DNA from: Chiloscyllium plagiosum
Taxonomy: Eukaryota
Assembly (NCBI RefSeq): GCF_004010195.1
Contig: NC_057719.1
Coordinates: 29,426,822 to 29,490,821, forward strand
DNA: 64,000 nucleotides
Reading direction: 5' to 3'
Under the pieces are notes generated by a model, which was not told the origin of the DNA, made no database searches, and saw nothing but the letters and a program-made list of their open reading frames with translations. A program made the translations under genes and the position numbers. This document shows, piece after piece, positions 49,707-63,894 of this stretch; within the stretch, counting starts at the first letter, position 1, and every line of letters begins with the position of its first letter.

Positions 49707-50380
49707 TTGATATAGTTTACCTGGACTTTCTCAAGGCATTCAATTGTATCTCACATAACAGTAATGCCTAAGATAAACAACTGGTTGGCAGACAAGAAAT
49801 GGGAATAAATGGGTCAATGAGCGGTAGTGGATCAGTGGGGAACTTCAGAGATCAGTGCTTGAACCCCAGCTATTCACTATTATATATGATTTTAGTTGAT
49901 GAAACTAAATGTAATAACTCTAAGTTTGCAGACAACACAAAGCTGGGTGGGAAGATGAACTGTGAGGAAAGTACAGAGATATTTGTGTGATTTGGATAAG
50001 TGGAGTGAATGGGCAAATGCATAGCAGATGAAGTATAATATGGATAAATGTGAAGTTATCCATTTTTGTATCAAAAACAGGGACAGAAATTCTGAATGGC
50101 AATAGGTTAGGAAAGGAGGTGCAATGAGACCTAGATGTCCTTGTAACCATCTGCGTAAATGTTGCAGCAGGCAAATAATATGATGGCTTTTGTATCAAAA
50201 GGATTGATACAAAACTGGGATGTCTTGTTGAAATAGTAGACTGTTGATGTATTGGGTTCAAAGGTAACCTGCTTCAAAGTTGTGTCCTAACATATCTAAA
50301 CAGGTTGATCAACAATATCTATAGGGTCTTCAATGACACCATACCTGGAGCAATATATACAGTTTTTGTCTCCTTATTTG

Positions 50381-50414
<34 letters not shown>

Positions 50415-50815
50415 GGGGAGGAGGGAGGGATCTTTTGGCTACAGAAGCAGTACAACCAGACTGACTCGTGGGATGGAAAGACTACACAGTAAAAGAGAAT
50501 GGATCAGTTCAAACTATACCCACATAACTTCAGAAGAGGGAGAGCACATGGAAACCTGTTTAATTCTAACACAGAATGTTCTTAACGGTTCTGGACTCTC
50601 TAATCAGAGGCCATTCTGATGTCTCACCCAGAGAGTGGTGAGCCTGTGGAACTCTCGATCACAGAAAGCAGTCAAGGCCAAAACATTGAATGTTTTCAAG
50701 GAGTTAGATAAAGTTCTTAGGGCTAAAGGGTTCAAGCTGTATGGGGCTAAAGCTGGAACAGGTACTACGTAGAATGGTCAGAGCAGGCTGAAAGGTCTAC
50801 TCCTGCTTCTATTTA
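49707..50815 (+). mobile_element. Decayed CR1 RT fragment
   Basis: DIVYLDFLKAF, SKFADNTKLGG; tail aaggtctactcctgcttct. Confidence 0.7.
50385..50412. repeat. (TG)14 microsatellite
   Basis: Direct reading. Confidence 0.95.
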
Positions 50816-50863
50816 ATATTCCAACCATATTTGCCAAATATGTTAAATGTATAAAATTAAAGT

Positions 50864-50873
50864 TTTATTTATT
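50864..50873 (-). promoter_or_regulatory. Candidate PCNX4 polyadenylation signal (overlapping AATAAA x2)
   Basis: tttatttatt on + reads AATAAATAAA on -, at the end of a ~1.8 kb largely repeat-poor AT-rich tract following the PCNX4 stop. Confidence 0.4.
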
Positions 50874-52657
50874 TCTAATTTTACAAGTTTACAAAACAAT
50901 GAAGATTTTAATTTATACAAATCTACAACTGGAAAAGTCAGTTAAAATGTGAAATACAGTTCTACATATCTTCCCTACAACTGAATTATTTAATATACAA
51001 TAACCAATACTGAAATTTTTTATTCACCTGGAAAACAGGAGTTACAATTTTATTAAAATGTTTAAATGGATGTGCATCAAGGGATATTGAAAAAAAGAAC
51101 ATTATACACACTAACCAGCTCATACTATGCAGCACTTTAAAAATAGGCACAGTTTGAAGTTTAATTCTGTTCAATACAATTTTTGCATAATACATTTTTG
51201 GAAAAACTCAGCAGGTCTAGAAACATCTGTATAGAGAGAAATAGGAATTCACATTATAGCTCTAAAGAAATCATATTCAACTCAAAGAAGTGAAGCTCAG
51301 ACGCAGAGTCTTATTTGACTCAAAATGTTAACTTTACCTTTCCACAGATGGTGCCAAGCTAACTTCAGTTTTTCCAGCATCTACCTGTCTTGCTTTTTAA
51401 CAATTTCTTGCACGGTTGATTGAAAAATGTTTGTGTGCACATTTCAAAAAGTCAGGTTTCTAGAACTCTGCAATCTTAGATTTATATCGTTAAATGGATT
51501 TTCATGCAAGTGATCAGCAAAAGAACAACTTGTTCTACTTTTTTTATGTTTTGAACAATTTTTTTTAACATTGTTTCTTTTTTGATATTGGTCAGTCAGA
51601 CTACTAGCAGGTTGCTACTAATGTCTTGTTGACTTGTGCTAGTAGCCACCATGCAGTTCTTCCGATCTTCCCTTAGTGACCAGAATTAAACCAAGTGCTG
51701 TCATTCTCTGTTCAGCAGCCCACCACTCTGTTAAGACTTTCTAACATTTATCATTCACAGAACCAACAAAAAATATTTTCTCCAAATTAACTATAATTCT
51801 TATTTTTACTAATAAAGCACTTCTGAAAAATACATACATATACTATATTCAAAGTGAGTTGATGTAATTCCAGTACGACAAAATAATATTTTAACATCAT
51901 TTCAAATTCAAATCAAAGATCTCAGGTAACCTACTGTTAACACCAATGCCTCTTCATTGGCTTTAATCAAAAATGAATAAACATTTTCAGCACTTCACTG
52001 GTAATTCATGGCAAAACATTTGTTTCTTTGAATAGAAAATCTTTATGGCTAATTCTTGTAGTCCATGCAATTACATCTATATAGTTGAATGTTATTTTAC
52101 AATGAAGTTTTATAAATACACCTCATTCCAAATTTGTCTTCAATAAGCTGCCATACTTTTACGATTCAACTTATGTTGAATATGACACAAAGTAGTGTAT
52201 AACATACATTCTCTTCTTCAAAGCTAGTGGGACATGCTTGGATATAGGTTCACAATTCTCTCAATCTTAATCTAAATCCAAGTTTTGGCTTACTTTTAAA
52301 ACATGGAGGTATCAAACTTCCAATGCATTGAAACCATGTACTTTGCAACAAGAGTTGCAGGATAGCATTTCCAGTTGATGTTTCACTACTAACACCCCCA
52401 CTTTGGTTTCAGGGATACAAAGAACAGTAAAATTCCACTAATTAAAAATCATTTGGAATATGTATAAAAATCCAGGCGTTAAATTCAAGTTTTGCATAGT
52501 TGATACATAATGGTCCCTGCCTAAGTAACAATTTTTACTAGTCCAAAGTGGTAATCTCTACAAAAAGGCCAAGCCTCAATTTATAAATAAGGAAACATTT
52601 TTCTTTCATTTCATCCATGGTAATAAGTGTTGGATGCTAATTAGAACTTGCAGTTCT

Positions 52658-52933
<276 letters not shown>

Positions 52934-53490
52934 TTAACTCCTCCGAGAACTAATTGTAATAAAATTATATTGTAAGTAATTATGGCAAGTAATTTGTTCC
53001 AGAAATTATTTAAGCAAAACCAGACATTTTCACTTGTTACAGAATTTGTACCAAGTTGTAGTGATGAAAATTAAGATGCCAATTTGACTGTCTAGCACTG
53101 CTTCCTCTAAATGAAAATACTTATAGGTTCAAGTTTTATTCATCTTGTACTGGATTGTTAGAAATGCCAGCATTTGAATGAGGATTTAAGGCATACCTAT
53201 CTGTCTCTGCCACTATTTTAAAGCACAGCTCAATCTAATCAACTTTTTCCTGCAGCAACACCACTGAAAACTTCATCCCATTGCTGAATCTACCTGTCTG
53301 CAAATTCTGCCTTGATTATTGATATAATAGCAATGATAGTACTTCAAAATGGATTGTCATGTTTGCAAACTATTTTTGGTCAAGAACAAAATAGTCAAAC
53401 TAACTGTAGAAATGTTTAGATGTAAACATAGTTTAGTTGTAGGTCAACAGACTCAAAGACAAATTAACAAACCAATAAATGATGTTCATT

Positions 53491-53828
53491 GAGTCATAGA
53501 ATCACTACACAGTGAGGAAATAGGCCATTTGGCCCATCGAGCCTGTACTGACCCTCACAGCATTCCACCAAGACTACGCAGTCCCACCCTAACTCCATAA
53601 GCCCCATTTAGCAGGGCTAATCCATCTAACCTGCATATGCCTGGACACAGCGTAATAAACTGAGCGTAGTCAATCCACCTAACTTGAATATTAGAAGGAA
53701 ATCACAAGTACCAGGGAATCCCACATAGACACAAGAAGAACATGCTAACTTCAGTCACCCAAAGCTGGAATTGAACCCGGTTCCCTGGCACTGTGAGGCA
53801 GCAGAGCTAACCACTGTGCCACCATGCT
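53491..53828 (-). mobile_element. Older, diverged V-SINE
   Basis: B box GGTTCAATTCC, A box TGGCACAGTGG, degenerate V-domain. Confidence 0.75.
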
Positions 53829-55386
53829 GGTGAACTTGAAAGAACAAGATGGTAAATACAAATCTACCAGATTTGTAAAATAAGCCACCATCCTGAGAAT
53901 CTGGACCAAAAGGATTTATTAAACAAAATGAACAAAGTTAAATGATACCAGATATTCAGCCTCAAAACACTCCAACATATTTTTTAATCAAATGATTTTG
54001 TTACCAGAATTATTTAGTAGTAATATTGCCAATAAATTAGCAAATCATTACAAAGAAATACTAAGATTTACTACCATAAGTACTAATGGACCTATATAGC
54101 TCAACTTTATATATTTTGTATATTAATTTAATCCTCAAAATAGTCTCAAAACAAATATTTTCATAGATTGCTCAACATAGGTTTGTGGTTTAGTGATAAA
54201 GGTAAATTAAAATAGTCAAATTGTGTTTTAAAATACAAGTCTTGCATTTACAAATCTTCGCATGTTCTAAAATGCATTTTCAAACAGAATTGCGACAAAA
54301 GCATGGTAAAGTGCGATTTTGAAAATCCATTTTGCTAATGAGTAAAATTAGTTTAGGAGGATAATCTAGATATATCGGTTAAAATGGGAGAAGAGTCATG
54401 CTACATGAGTCAGCAGAGCATAGGGCAAAGGTGAGAAAATATTGCAAAAATGCCATTTGAAATGTAGGATTTGATATTGATATGTTATTGAAATGAGCCA
54501 GCCAATGACAACAAATGACAACTTTAAAGGTTTGAGAAAGGAGCTAGAGTTCTGGTGAAACTTGTTTTAAATCTGCTGGAGGGTTCACTAATTAATAAGG
54601 AAACGTTTTAGGGGACAAAATGCACTCTGAAGTGCTAAAGATCAATCATAGTGGGAAAGAGGCATATCCAATTATGTTTCTAAACGGAAAGTGTGGAATC
54701 TTAACAATAAATTTTGAGATTTGAAGCCTGATCAGGATTGAGCTGGAGCTGGGATCAGTCAGATTGAGCTTCTGAAAGAATCCTAGGCTTCCATGTTCCC
54801 TCCAAGCCTGCCATTTCCCATTTCTGTTGAAGTCTCAGAATTTATAGTATAGCAAGCACATATGTGGTGCTAGTTTCCTCAGATCTACCCTGATCATGTC
54901 ATGCATTAGTATATCTTTCCATTCTCATCAAAATGATATAGTATTCCAGGATCAAGTTGGTGGGCAATATAGTTACTTTTGAAGTATAGTTACTGCAATA
55001 ATACAAGAAGAGACGATGGCATAGGAAATTCCGAAAGCCATCCTCCTGCCTTTGCACCAAATTCCTCGACCCCAGCGGCTACCCTAAACAACCTCACTGA
55101 ATGAGATGGCAAAAAAAACTTACCTTCTCACTGTTGGATCGGCCAATCATGACTCGACTGGCAGGCTTTAGGACCCAGAAGCAATGCAACCTGTAATTGT
55201 ATGACCTACTCACCCTCACTCACGTCTCAGCTTTTAATGAACTGACTGGTTGGCAATCCACTGAGTTATCCCACTAATGTCAATGGTATGTTAGTTACCA
55301 CACAACAATCTCAGCCCCACAAAGGAAAAAAACAAAATCTCTCTGTTGCATCTGAGTCAGAGGCAGGAGTGCTGCCTGCTAAGTTA

Positions 55387-55620
<234 letters not shown>

Positions 55621-55728
55621 CTATGACCAGATTCTGCATTTAGTAATTCAACCATGTAGCTACATGCATTAAATTGCAGTTTTATCAATTGACAACAGAT
55701 TTACAACAATAACAATTTTTTAAATTAC

Positions 55729-56795
55729 CTGAACGCCTTCAGTGCAAGTGTAAACAGTTCTGGTTTTTGAGTCAGCCAATCTAAACCAAAAGACCAAGGT
55801 ATATCACCAGAATACACTTTGAAGACTTGATTAGGGCTTGGGATTGTTGAGTCTGTTCCTAACATTATGCCATAACAAGACATCACCACCTGGGCATACA
55901 TCTCTCTCAAAGTCTTATCTCCTTTCACTTCAAAGGTAATAGAAGATTTTTCATCAGATTGGACAACATCCATGAGAGTAAGAACAAATGAATACCACTC
56001 ATCTGGGAAGGATTTCAACAATTTTTGAAGAAGTAGAGAAGGGAAAGGTCCTGATCTCCAATTTTCTGGCACTTTAAGCTTACTTGAGTAAGGACAACTG
56101 AAAACAACCAGTGGGGCTATTTCATGGTTTCCACTTTCCATTAATCTCTTTCCGCCCTTGTCAATAGCAGGAAGTCCATATGGAGGTGTTTTCTTTGGTA
56201 ATTCTTCTTCATTTATATCAGGAGATAAGCTTTGTGATTCAAGGCTCCCTGGAATGGATGTTACTATAGGTTTTGTAGAGATTTGTTGGACATCTATCAT
56301 GTTTTTAACTAAACTTATTCTAGTCTTTCTTCCAATGGATTCCAGTTCAAATATATCACCATCTGACCATTCATTAAATGTTTCTGAATTTATGCTAAAT
56401 GAATCTTTGGGACTTATAGAAGATTCTGTTTGTAGTGAAGTAACTATACACTCATCTGACCAGGTTCTATTTTGTTGTAATGGCTGGTTGTCTTGAATAT
56501 TTTGTGAAGATTTTGACTTATTAGTATAACGTAGAAGCACCCAAATGAAAACTTTAGCAAAATCTTCCTTTAACTGTTTTAAATTTTCATGAGTGTCAAT
56601 GATTCCTGTTAAAACATTCCGTGCATCAGAGTAAACTTCTACTGGTAATACAGCACACGGAGTCAAGATGTTGCCAAAATGCTGATTTATCAGGCAAGTT
56701 TCTGCTTGGTCCTCTTGTTCAAAGGCCATCTCAAACACCTCATCAACTCGTCGAGCTTCAGCAGTGTGGCATGATGTTTCTTGTAGCTCTAATCC
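55729..56795 (-). CDS. PCNX4: PCNX4 large coding exon
   Basis: Minus strand: gccAG|GGATTAGAG...TTCAG|GTaatt; 1067 nt; GLELQETSCHTAEARRVDEVFE...YSDARNVLTGIID...LDWLTQKPELFTLALKAF. Confidence 0.96.
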
Positions 56796-58964
56796 CTGGC
56801 AAAACAGTAATTTCATAACACATTTTGTTTTAAAAGTCTATTGAAATATAAACATTCAATAAGATAATGTAAGTACTACACAATCATGAAATCAGATTCC
56901 AGTGCACTATTATCATTTTAAGTCAAAAATTAATTAATTTGCCATTTCACAGCATTCTTGGTTGACCAAATACGATGCAAATTACAACCATACTTCTACC
57001 AATGCCATTCAGTTATGTAGTTGACAGAAATAAAATACTAGATCAAGCTGACTATCCTTCAATTTTTTTTCTTTCCTGTGGGGAAGCCTGCAACTAATAG
57101 TGCAAATTTCAACAAACCCATTGACTAACTCCAATTATGTGGATTTCAGGGCTCAAATGGGCAGGATGTCTGGTGGCAAAAGTAAACCACTTTTAAGAGT
57201 CTAAGTGAAAACCCATATTGACTGAAAAGCTGAAATTTCACTCCAAGCAAAAAAATCAATCCAGCATCTTAAAACAAAATTGAAACAAACATCAAAAGTA
57301 AAGAAATTATAACTCTGGTCAACAAACACCAATGGCTTGTAGATCGTAGGCATTTGCTGCCCTACCTTCTGAGTGGTAAAATGAAGAAACCAAATCCATA
57401 TGAAGATCAAACATACAAATTCACTTTCTGCAGGTCAATTTAAATTAATCACAACTATAAATGTAAACTTTCACAAACAGCAATTAAAAATGGCCTATTA
57501 AACAAGGAGACAGATTAAACTGATATATTTATTTTTTACAAGTAAAAGAATGGTCTTTGTTGATTTATTACAATGTGGTATTGATGACTTATGGTCTATT
57601 CTTCTACTTACACTAGCTGATTCTTTAAACTGTTGTAATAAATATTTGGTAAATATATAACAAATGCTTACAATTAAGTCAGAAAAATTGCTGCTGCAGT
57701 CACATTAATTTCTCCACTACTATTTCTTATCGATTATTTTTTCTTTAAAGTTTCCCATTTTCACTAGATCATTGGTTTCCCATTATCTTTACAATATGCT
57801 GTATGTCTTCTCCCAAGACAGTTTTAAATTATTTGTAAAATAGTTTTTTTTTGAGAAAGGGAAAAATAGGCTGATATTAAAACATACTTCTTTATATGGA
57901 TGGTTTCCCTGTGCAGTATGCACTGTGTCAGAATAATACACTAACAGATTGCTCCTAGTTTGCCACCGTTGCTCCAAAACCCTTGATTAGCATGTAGTCC
58001 CGAAAATGATGCAGAGAGAAAAAAATTATTTTCCACAAAAATAAAGTTACATTCCCTCTTCTGTTCATGAACTCAGCATTTGTGAGAAATAGAAGGTTGA
58101 AATCCATAGCCAGTTCTTCAGCACACGTGAAGATGCAAGGTTGCTTATATTGGAAATGGTATCATCATATTTGAAACACATAGCAGGTGGATCAAGTAGT
58201 TATGATGACATTTTACACTTAAATGAAACAGGGGAAAATATACATTTTGATTTAATAATACAATAGGTGAATTATTATTTGACCAGACAATACAGATCAC
58301 AAATATTAAGGGTAGGGTAGAGATTTTATATACAGTTCATATTTTAGGAATAGATATCCAAAGATCATTCCTGAAAACCTGAACCTCTAATTTACTAAGT
58401 CATATTTTCAATCAAACGTTAACCTGATTGGACTTTATCCTGCAATACTGTTCTGAAGTAGTGATTGCTATACTATTTGGACAGGAAAATACATTTTCAT
58501 TTAAGTTTGACATTAGCACAATGGATTGTTATTGCGTTTCACAAACTGGATTTCTTATGGGTCACCTGAGGTGCTTGATCTTGGTGCATGAACAAATAGG
58601 AGGTAACAATCTAGAGAATCATTTTTAGGATATTTCAAAACTCTGCTTTCTCTACAGTCCAAACAACAAATAGGATTTGATAGTAAAATTGTGTAGGATG
58701 CAAAACTTAATTCAAAAAGTACAAATTGTTATTGGTGTGTGTGTGTGCGCTCAGATTATTTGTGCTCATCAAGACAAACAACTGTGATTCAGCCCTAATT
58801 TTAAACTGTTAGCATCTTGTCAGATTTTTAATTTGAAATTGCCCAAACACATTTTGCTTTAGATCTTACACTGGAGAGAGATCTTGAACCCTTTAGCTGA
58901 GTTTGAATCAACATCCTACAGATAATAATGTAATTGTTTTGTCTCACCAACCGATGATAAAGGT

Positions 58965-60856
58965 TTATAACATAATATCAGATGTGAGTTGGGAAGCATG
59001 GACTGGGAGCAATTGTTCCATGGAAAAGGCACTATAGACATGTGGAGACTGTTTAAGGAACAGTTGTTGCGAGTGATACACAAATGTGTTCCTCTGAGAC
59101 AGGCAAGGGGTAAGATAAAAGGAAACTTGGATGACGAGAGCAGAGAAGCTTCTCATCAAAAGAAAGAAGGCAGCTTACGTAAGGTGGAGGAAGCAAGGGT
59201 CTTGCTCAGCTCTACAGGATTACAGGCAGGCGAGGAAGGAGCTCAAAAATGGTCTGAGGAGAGCCAGGAGGGGGCACGAAAAAGGCTTGGCAGGAAGGAT
59301 TAGGGAGAATCCATAAGGCATTTTACACATATGTGAGGAATAACAGAATGATCAAAGAAAGAGTAGGGCTGATCAGGGATAGCACAGGGAACTTGGGTAT
59401 AGAGTCTGAAGAGGTAGGGGAAGCCCTAAATGAGTTTTTTGCTTCTGTCTTTACTAAAGAAAAGGACCTTGTAGTGAATGAAACCATTGAGGAGCAGGTA
59501 AGCATGCTGGAACGGATAGAGATTGAGGAAGCTGATGTGCTGAAAATTTTTACAAACATTAAGATTGACAAGTCGCCAGGGCCAGACCAGATTTGTTCTC
59601 GGCTGCTTTGAGAAGCGAGAAATGTGATTGCTTCACTGCTTGCGAAGATCTTTGCATCCTCGCTTTCCACCAGAGTCGTATCTGGGGACTGGAGGGAGGC
59701 AAATGTAATTCCACTCTTCAAGAAAGGAAATAGGGAAATCCCCGGCAATAGGCTCATTCAGAAGGTCAGGAGGAATGGGATACAGGGAAATTTAGCTGTC
59801 TAGATACAGAATTGGCTGGTCGACAGAAGACAGCGAGTGGTAGTTGAAGGAAAGTATTCTGCCTGGAAGTCAGTGGTGAGTGGTGTTCCACAGGGCTCTG
59901 TTCTTGGGCCTCTACTCTTTGTAATTTTTATTAATGACTTGGATGAGGAGATTAAAGGATGGGTTAGCAAGTTTGCAGACGACACAAAAGTTGGAGGTGT
60001 CGTTGACAGTATAGAAGACTGTTGTAGGCTGCAGTGTGACATTGACAGGATGCAGAGATGGGCTGAGAGTTGGCAGATGGAGTTCAACCTGGATAAATGT
60101 GAAGCAATGCATTTTGGAAGGTCGAACTTGAAAGTTGAGTACAGGATTAAAGACAGGATTCTTGGCAGTGTGGAGGAACAGCAGGATCTTGGTGTGCAGG
60201 TATATAGATCCCTTAAAATTGCCACCCAAGTGGACAGGGTTATTAAGAAAGCATATGGTGTTTTGGCTTTCATTAACAGGGGGATTGTATTTAAGAGCAG
60301 TGAGGTTTTGTTGCAGCTCTATAAAACTATGAATACTGTGTCCAGTTCTGGTCGCCCTATTATAGGAAAGATGTGGATGCTTTGGAGAGGGTTCAGAGGA
60401 GGTTTACCAGGATGCTGCCTGGAATGGAGGGCTTATCTTACGAAGAGAGGTTGACTGAGCTCGGACCTTTCTCATTGGAAAAAAGAAGGAAGAGAGGGGA
60501 CCTAATTGAGGTGTACAAGATAATGAGAGGCATAGATAGAGTTGATAGCCATAGACTTTTTCCCAGGGCAGAAATTGTTAACACGAGGGGTCATAGTTTT
60601 AAGCTGTTTGGCGGAAAGTATAGAGGGGATGTCAGAGGTGGGTTCTTTACGCAGAGAGTTGTGGGAGCGTGGAATGCGTAGCCAGCACAGTTGTGGAAGC
60701 GAGGTCATTGGGGATATTTAAGAGACTGCTGGACATGCATATGGTCACAGAAATTTGAGGGTTCGTACATTAGGCTTACCTTACACAAGGATCAATGGTC
60801 AGCACAACATCATGGGCTGAAGGGCCTGTTCTGTGCTATACTGTTCTATGTTCTAT
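58965..60856 (+). mobile_element. CR1 (HER1-like) LINE, 5'-truncated with an internal deletion near 59750
   Basis: SGVPQGSVLGPLLF, SKFADDTK, QRRFTRMLPG; tail ctgttctatgttctat. Confidence 0.9.
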
Positions 60857-61447
60857 AATTTGGATTTTAAAATAGAAGTAAAACAGATTTGTGGTATTCA
60901 TGCTGTGAAGGCAATCTTTGGAAACAGGTCAAAAATTTATTTGGAATAGTGACCTAGATCATTTTCAAGAAAGTACATGACATAAGTACTTAACAAGATG
61001 CCTGTTAACTGATTAAGTGTTTATAATGCTGGGTTTTAAGACACATAGAAAAATAATGGTCAGGTGTCTTGAGTAGTCTGAGTTCAGTTCAGAACAATTT
61101 CATAACAATGGAAGGACAGGTTAGTTGGAGTAGTCTTCAAACTCTGAGAATTTGCGCAGAAGTTTTCAAACTCTCAGAAAGAAAGTTTTGGCCATCTGAA
61201 TTAGAAAATTGATTAAGAAAGAAAGAGTTAAAATAAGATTGGTACTTTACTAGATGTAAATGACTGTAAAGGATATTGGTGTGAAATTGCTTTTTTCTGT
61301 TTTTGTTTTGTGTTCCTTTATTAAAGATCATTGACATCCTTGTGTGAAAATGTTCAATAACAAACCACCATGATTACTAAACTGTTTCACTCTGGGATCT
61401 GAAACAGTCGACTATTAGTGTCAGCTGGGATCATAATAAAGCCGTTA

Positions 61448-61603
<156 letters not shown>

Positions 61604-61619
61604 TTAGTACACAGAATAC

Positions 61620-61689
61620 ACTGGAATTTTAAAACAAAATGCAAATACAATTTATATATACTGTGACAGATTTCACTGTACACTATTTT
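61620..61689 (+). repeat. 70-bp exact direct repeat, copy 1 (copy 2 at 63825-63894)
   Basis: ACTGGAATTTTAAAACAAAATGCAAATACAATTTATATATACTGTGACAGATTTCACTGTACACTATTTT is present twice. Confidence 0.9.
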
Positions 61690-61778
61690 TATAAAAGGCA
61701 AAGAATCAATTTTGTATACACACATTCTGTATATGCATGTTTACTGTAAAAATTTAAAGCCAGGATTAGCAAATGAAG

Positions 61779-61986
61779 AGCTGAAAATTGTGTTGCTGGA
61801 AAAGCGCAGCAGGTCAGGCAGCATCCAAGGTGCAGGAGAATTGACATTTCGGGCATAAGCCCTTCTTCAGGCTTATGCCCGGAATGTCGATTCTCCTGTT
61901 CCTTGGATGCTGCCTGACCTGCTGCGCTTTTCCAGCAACACATTTTTCAGCTCTGATCTCCAGCATCTGCAGTCCTCACTTTCTCC
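61779..61986. mobile_element. Fold-back PLE mini-insertion in a PCNX4 intron
   Basis: ~85-bp inverted arms; TSD TTAGCAAATGAAG (61766-61778) / TTAGCCCATGAAG (61987-61999). Confidence 0.85.
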
Positions 61987-62665
61987 TTAGCCCATGAAGC
62001 ACCAATACATCTGGCTTCTGGCACTGAATATTTCCTACTTTAACAGCAGAAAAATAATTTAGAATTCACATTAAAAATATTTAAATTGGAACTGATGACC
62101 AATAAACTGAGTTTGCGGACATAAAGAACTCCCACTCAGTAACAATGATTTCTTTGCATCTTTAAGCCCCAAATATGGGTCACAATCATTTATAAATAAA
62201 AATAAAAAATGGAACAAAAAATAGATCTAATAAGTAACATCCCCTAATGTTAGGACAATGGATTTATGGAAAAACTCAAGATGCAAAAGTTAATACAAAT
62301 AAACTAACACTCCCCATACAATTGTTTCAGTTTTAAAGTTTCCCTTCCAACTGAAGTGAAGAGAATCATTAAACTTCTCTGATGCAATTACAATATTGAA
62401 TGTTTCATCTGTAACAGTGACAGCACGTTACAGTATATCAGTCTGATAGAGGTTTTCATGTTTATAACCAAGTTATATGATAAACTTAATCTTTAATCTT
62501 GGTTGCATGGACTTGTGACCATTTCAAAATACTAGTGTGAAACAAAAGTAGATCAAAACTAACTTCAGCTCGAAAAAATAGATCAAAACCTAACCTGAGT
62601 TTAGGAGTATTAAGTCATCAGATCATCAAGAACAACATTCAAACATAAAATAATTCTTCACCTAC

Positions 62666-63029
62666 CCAAACTGCCAGCAGAAAATGCTTTAGAAAATGCA
62701 TTGGCCAGGTTGTGCATCATATGCTGATAATATACTGAATCAGGACAGACGCATGCAGCAGCACCCACAGATCCAGGCCAGCTCTTACTTGGTCTTGGAA
62801 ATCCCACAAGAAACACTGGAAGTGTAAACAGGGGAAGTAAAGGCGCTGAAAGTGCTGAAGCAAGACCTATGACTGTCAGTACAACAGGGAACAGAATAAC
62901 ATTTAATGTAATTATAAAGCTAGAAGACTTCCGGCGTTGCTTCTTTTCTGTCCAGGATGAGACAAGTACAGTCAAAGCAAATTTGAGCTTGGATGTTGCT
63001 TGAAAGAAACGATCTCTTATAATACCAAC
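62666..63029 (-). CDS. PCNX4: PCNX4 coding exon
   Basis: Minus strand: ttgtAG|GTTGGTATT...AGTTTGG|GTaggt; 364 nt; VGIIRDRFFQATSKLKFALTVLVSSWTEKKQRRKS...PLFTLPVFLVGFPRPSKSWP...DSVYYQH...AGSL (pecanex motifs). Confidence 0.93.
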
Positions 63030-63824
63030 CTACAAAACAGGATTAAAAATATTAATTGTAGGACTTCTCAATTTTCAAATACAGTGACCAAAAGAATTAA
63101 TTTTTCTCTTTTTTTAACTTTAAATTCATTATGAATATTTATGTTTGTGCAATGTATATTTTCTAAACCCACTTGTATTTATTTGAAATCATTAACGTAG
63201 AAAATTCTAACACACTTTGTAACAACTTAAATTAGGCAAAAACCGTAAAGGAGAACTGAATCAAGACAGTTATGATTGTTGGACAACTGAAAGGAGAATA
63301 GTATTAAAAATATTTCTCTGCCCAGGTAAGTACAGTCAAAGTAAACTTCAGTAACTATCTGCAGTTTGGTTCTAACTTCTGAACACACTTAATATTAAGA
63401 AATCAGCATAAAAAGTATTAAAACTAGTGGCCTACAAATTAAAACATCTACTGCATAAATAGCTAGGTTAAATACTTATCAGTATAAACAAAAATATCAA
63501 AATTTCCACAAACAAAATAAATCAGAGATTCAGAAAGCATCAAGGCTCATATAGCCATTGCAGAGAAATCAGGAAATCCATGTTTTTCTCCAACACAGAG
63601 GGGCTTTGTGCATTGATTTCCAGTGAAACAAAACACAACCCAGGACATTATTTTTTCAATTTAAATATTACATATAATCTTTAGAGTCACTGGCTGAATG
63701 TAGATTGGGGCAGAACATGCAACTTTTCTGGTCCACAGTGTTCAGCATTTCAGTAACTCTCTAATTCTGTGGTAAAACAATTAACCTCATTTTCTAAAAG
63801 AAAAGGCCTATAACTGAGATAGTA

Positions 63825-63894
63825 ACTGGAATTTTAAAACAAAATGCAAATACAATTTATATATACTGTGACAGATTTCACTGTACACTATTTT
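63825..63894 (+). repeat. 70-bp exact direct repeat, copy 2
   Basis: Identical to 61620-61689. Confidence 0.9.

Noticed and set aside
51200..51385. Degenerate inverted arms (gaaaaactcagcaggtct...acagatggtgcc...tttttccagcat)
   Set aside because: Probably an ancient PLE-type hairpin, but too decayed to show a ribozyme core or TSD.
55015..55042. Small hairpin GATGGC-ATA-GGAAATTCC-GAAA-GCCATC, with a minus-strand GTAAGT near 55120
   Set aside because: No CUGANGA box, so not a hammerhead; no supported exon, since the flanking PCNX4 exons already join in frame.
56158..56496. 112-aa + strand ORF
   Set aside because: Antisense shadow of the large PCNX4 exon.
61689..61943. Recurrent 'MCCWKSAAGQAAS' ORFs (also 19845, 32326, 33928)
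   Set aside because: Translations of the PLE terminal repeat; they appear on both strands because of the hairpin.
63660..63770. Possible further upstream PCNX4 exon
   Set aside because: Translation does not match the expected preceding pecanex-4 sequence; that exon probably lies beyond the window.
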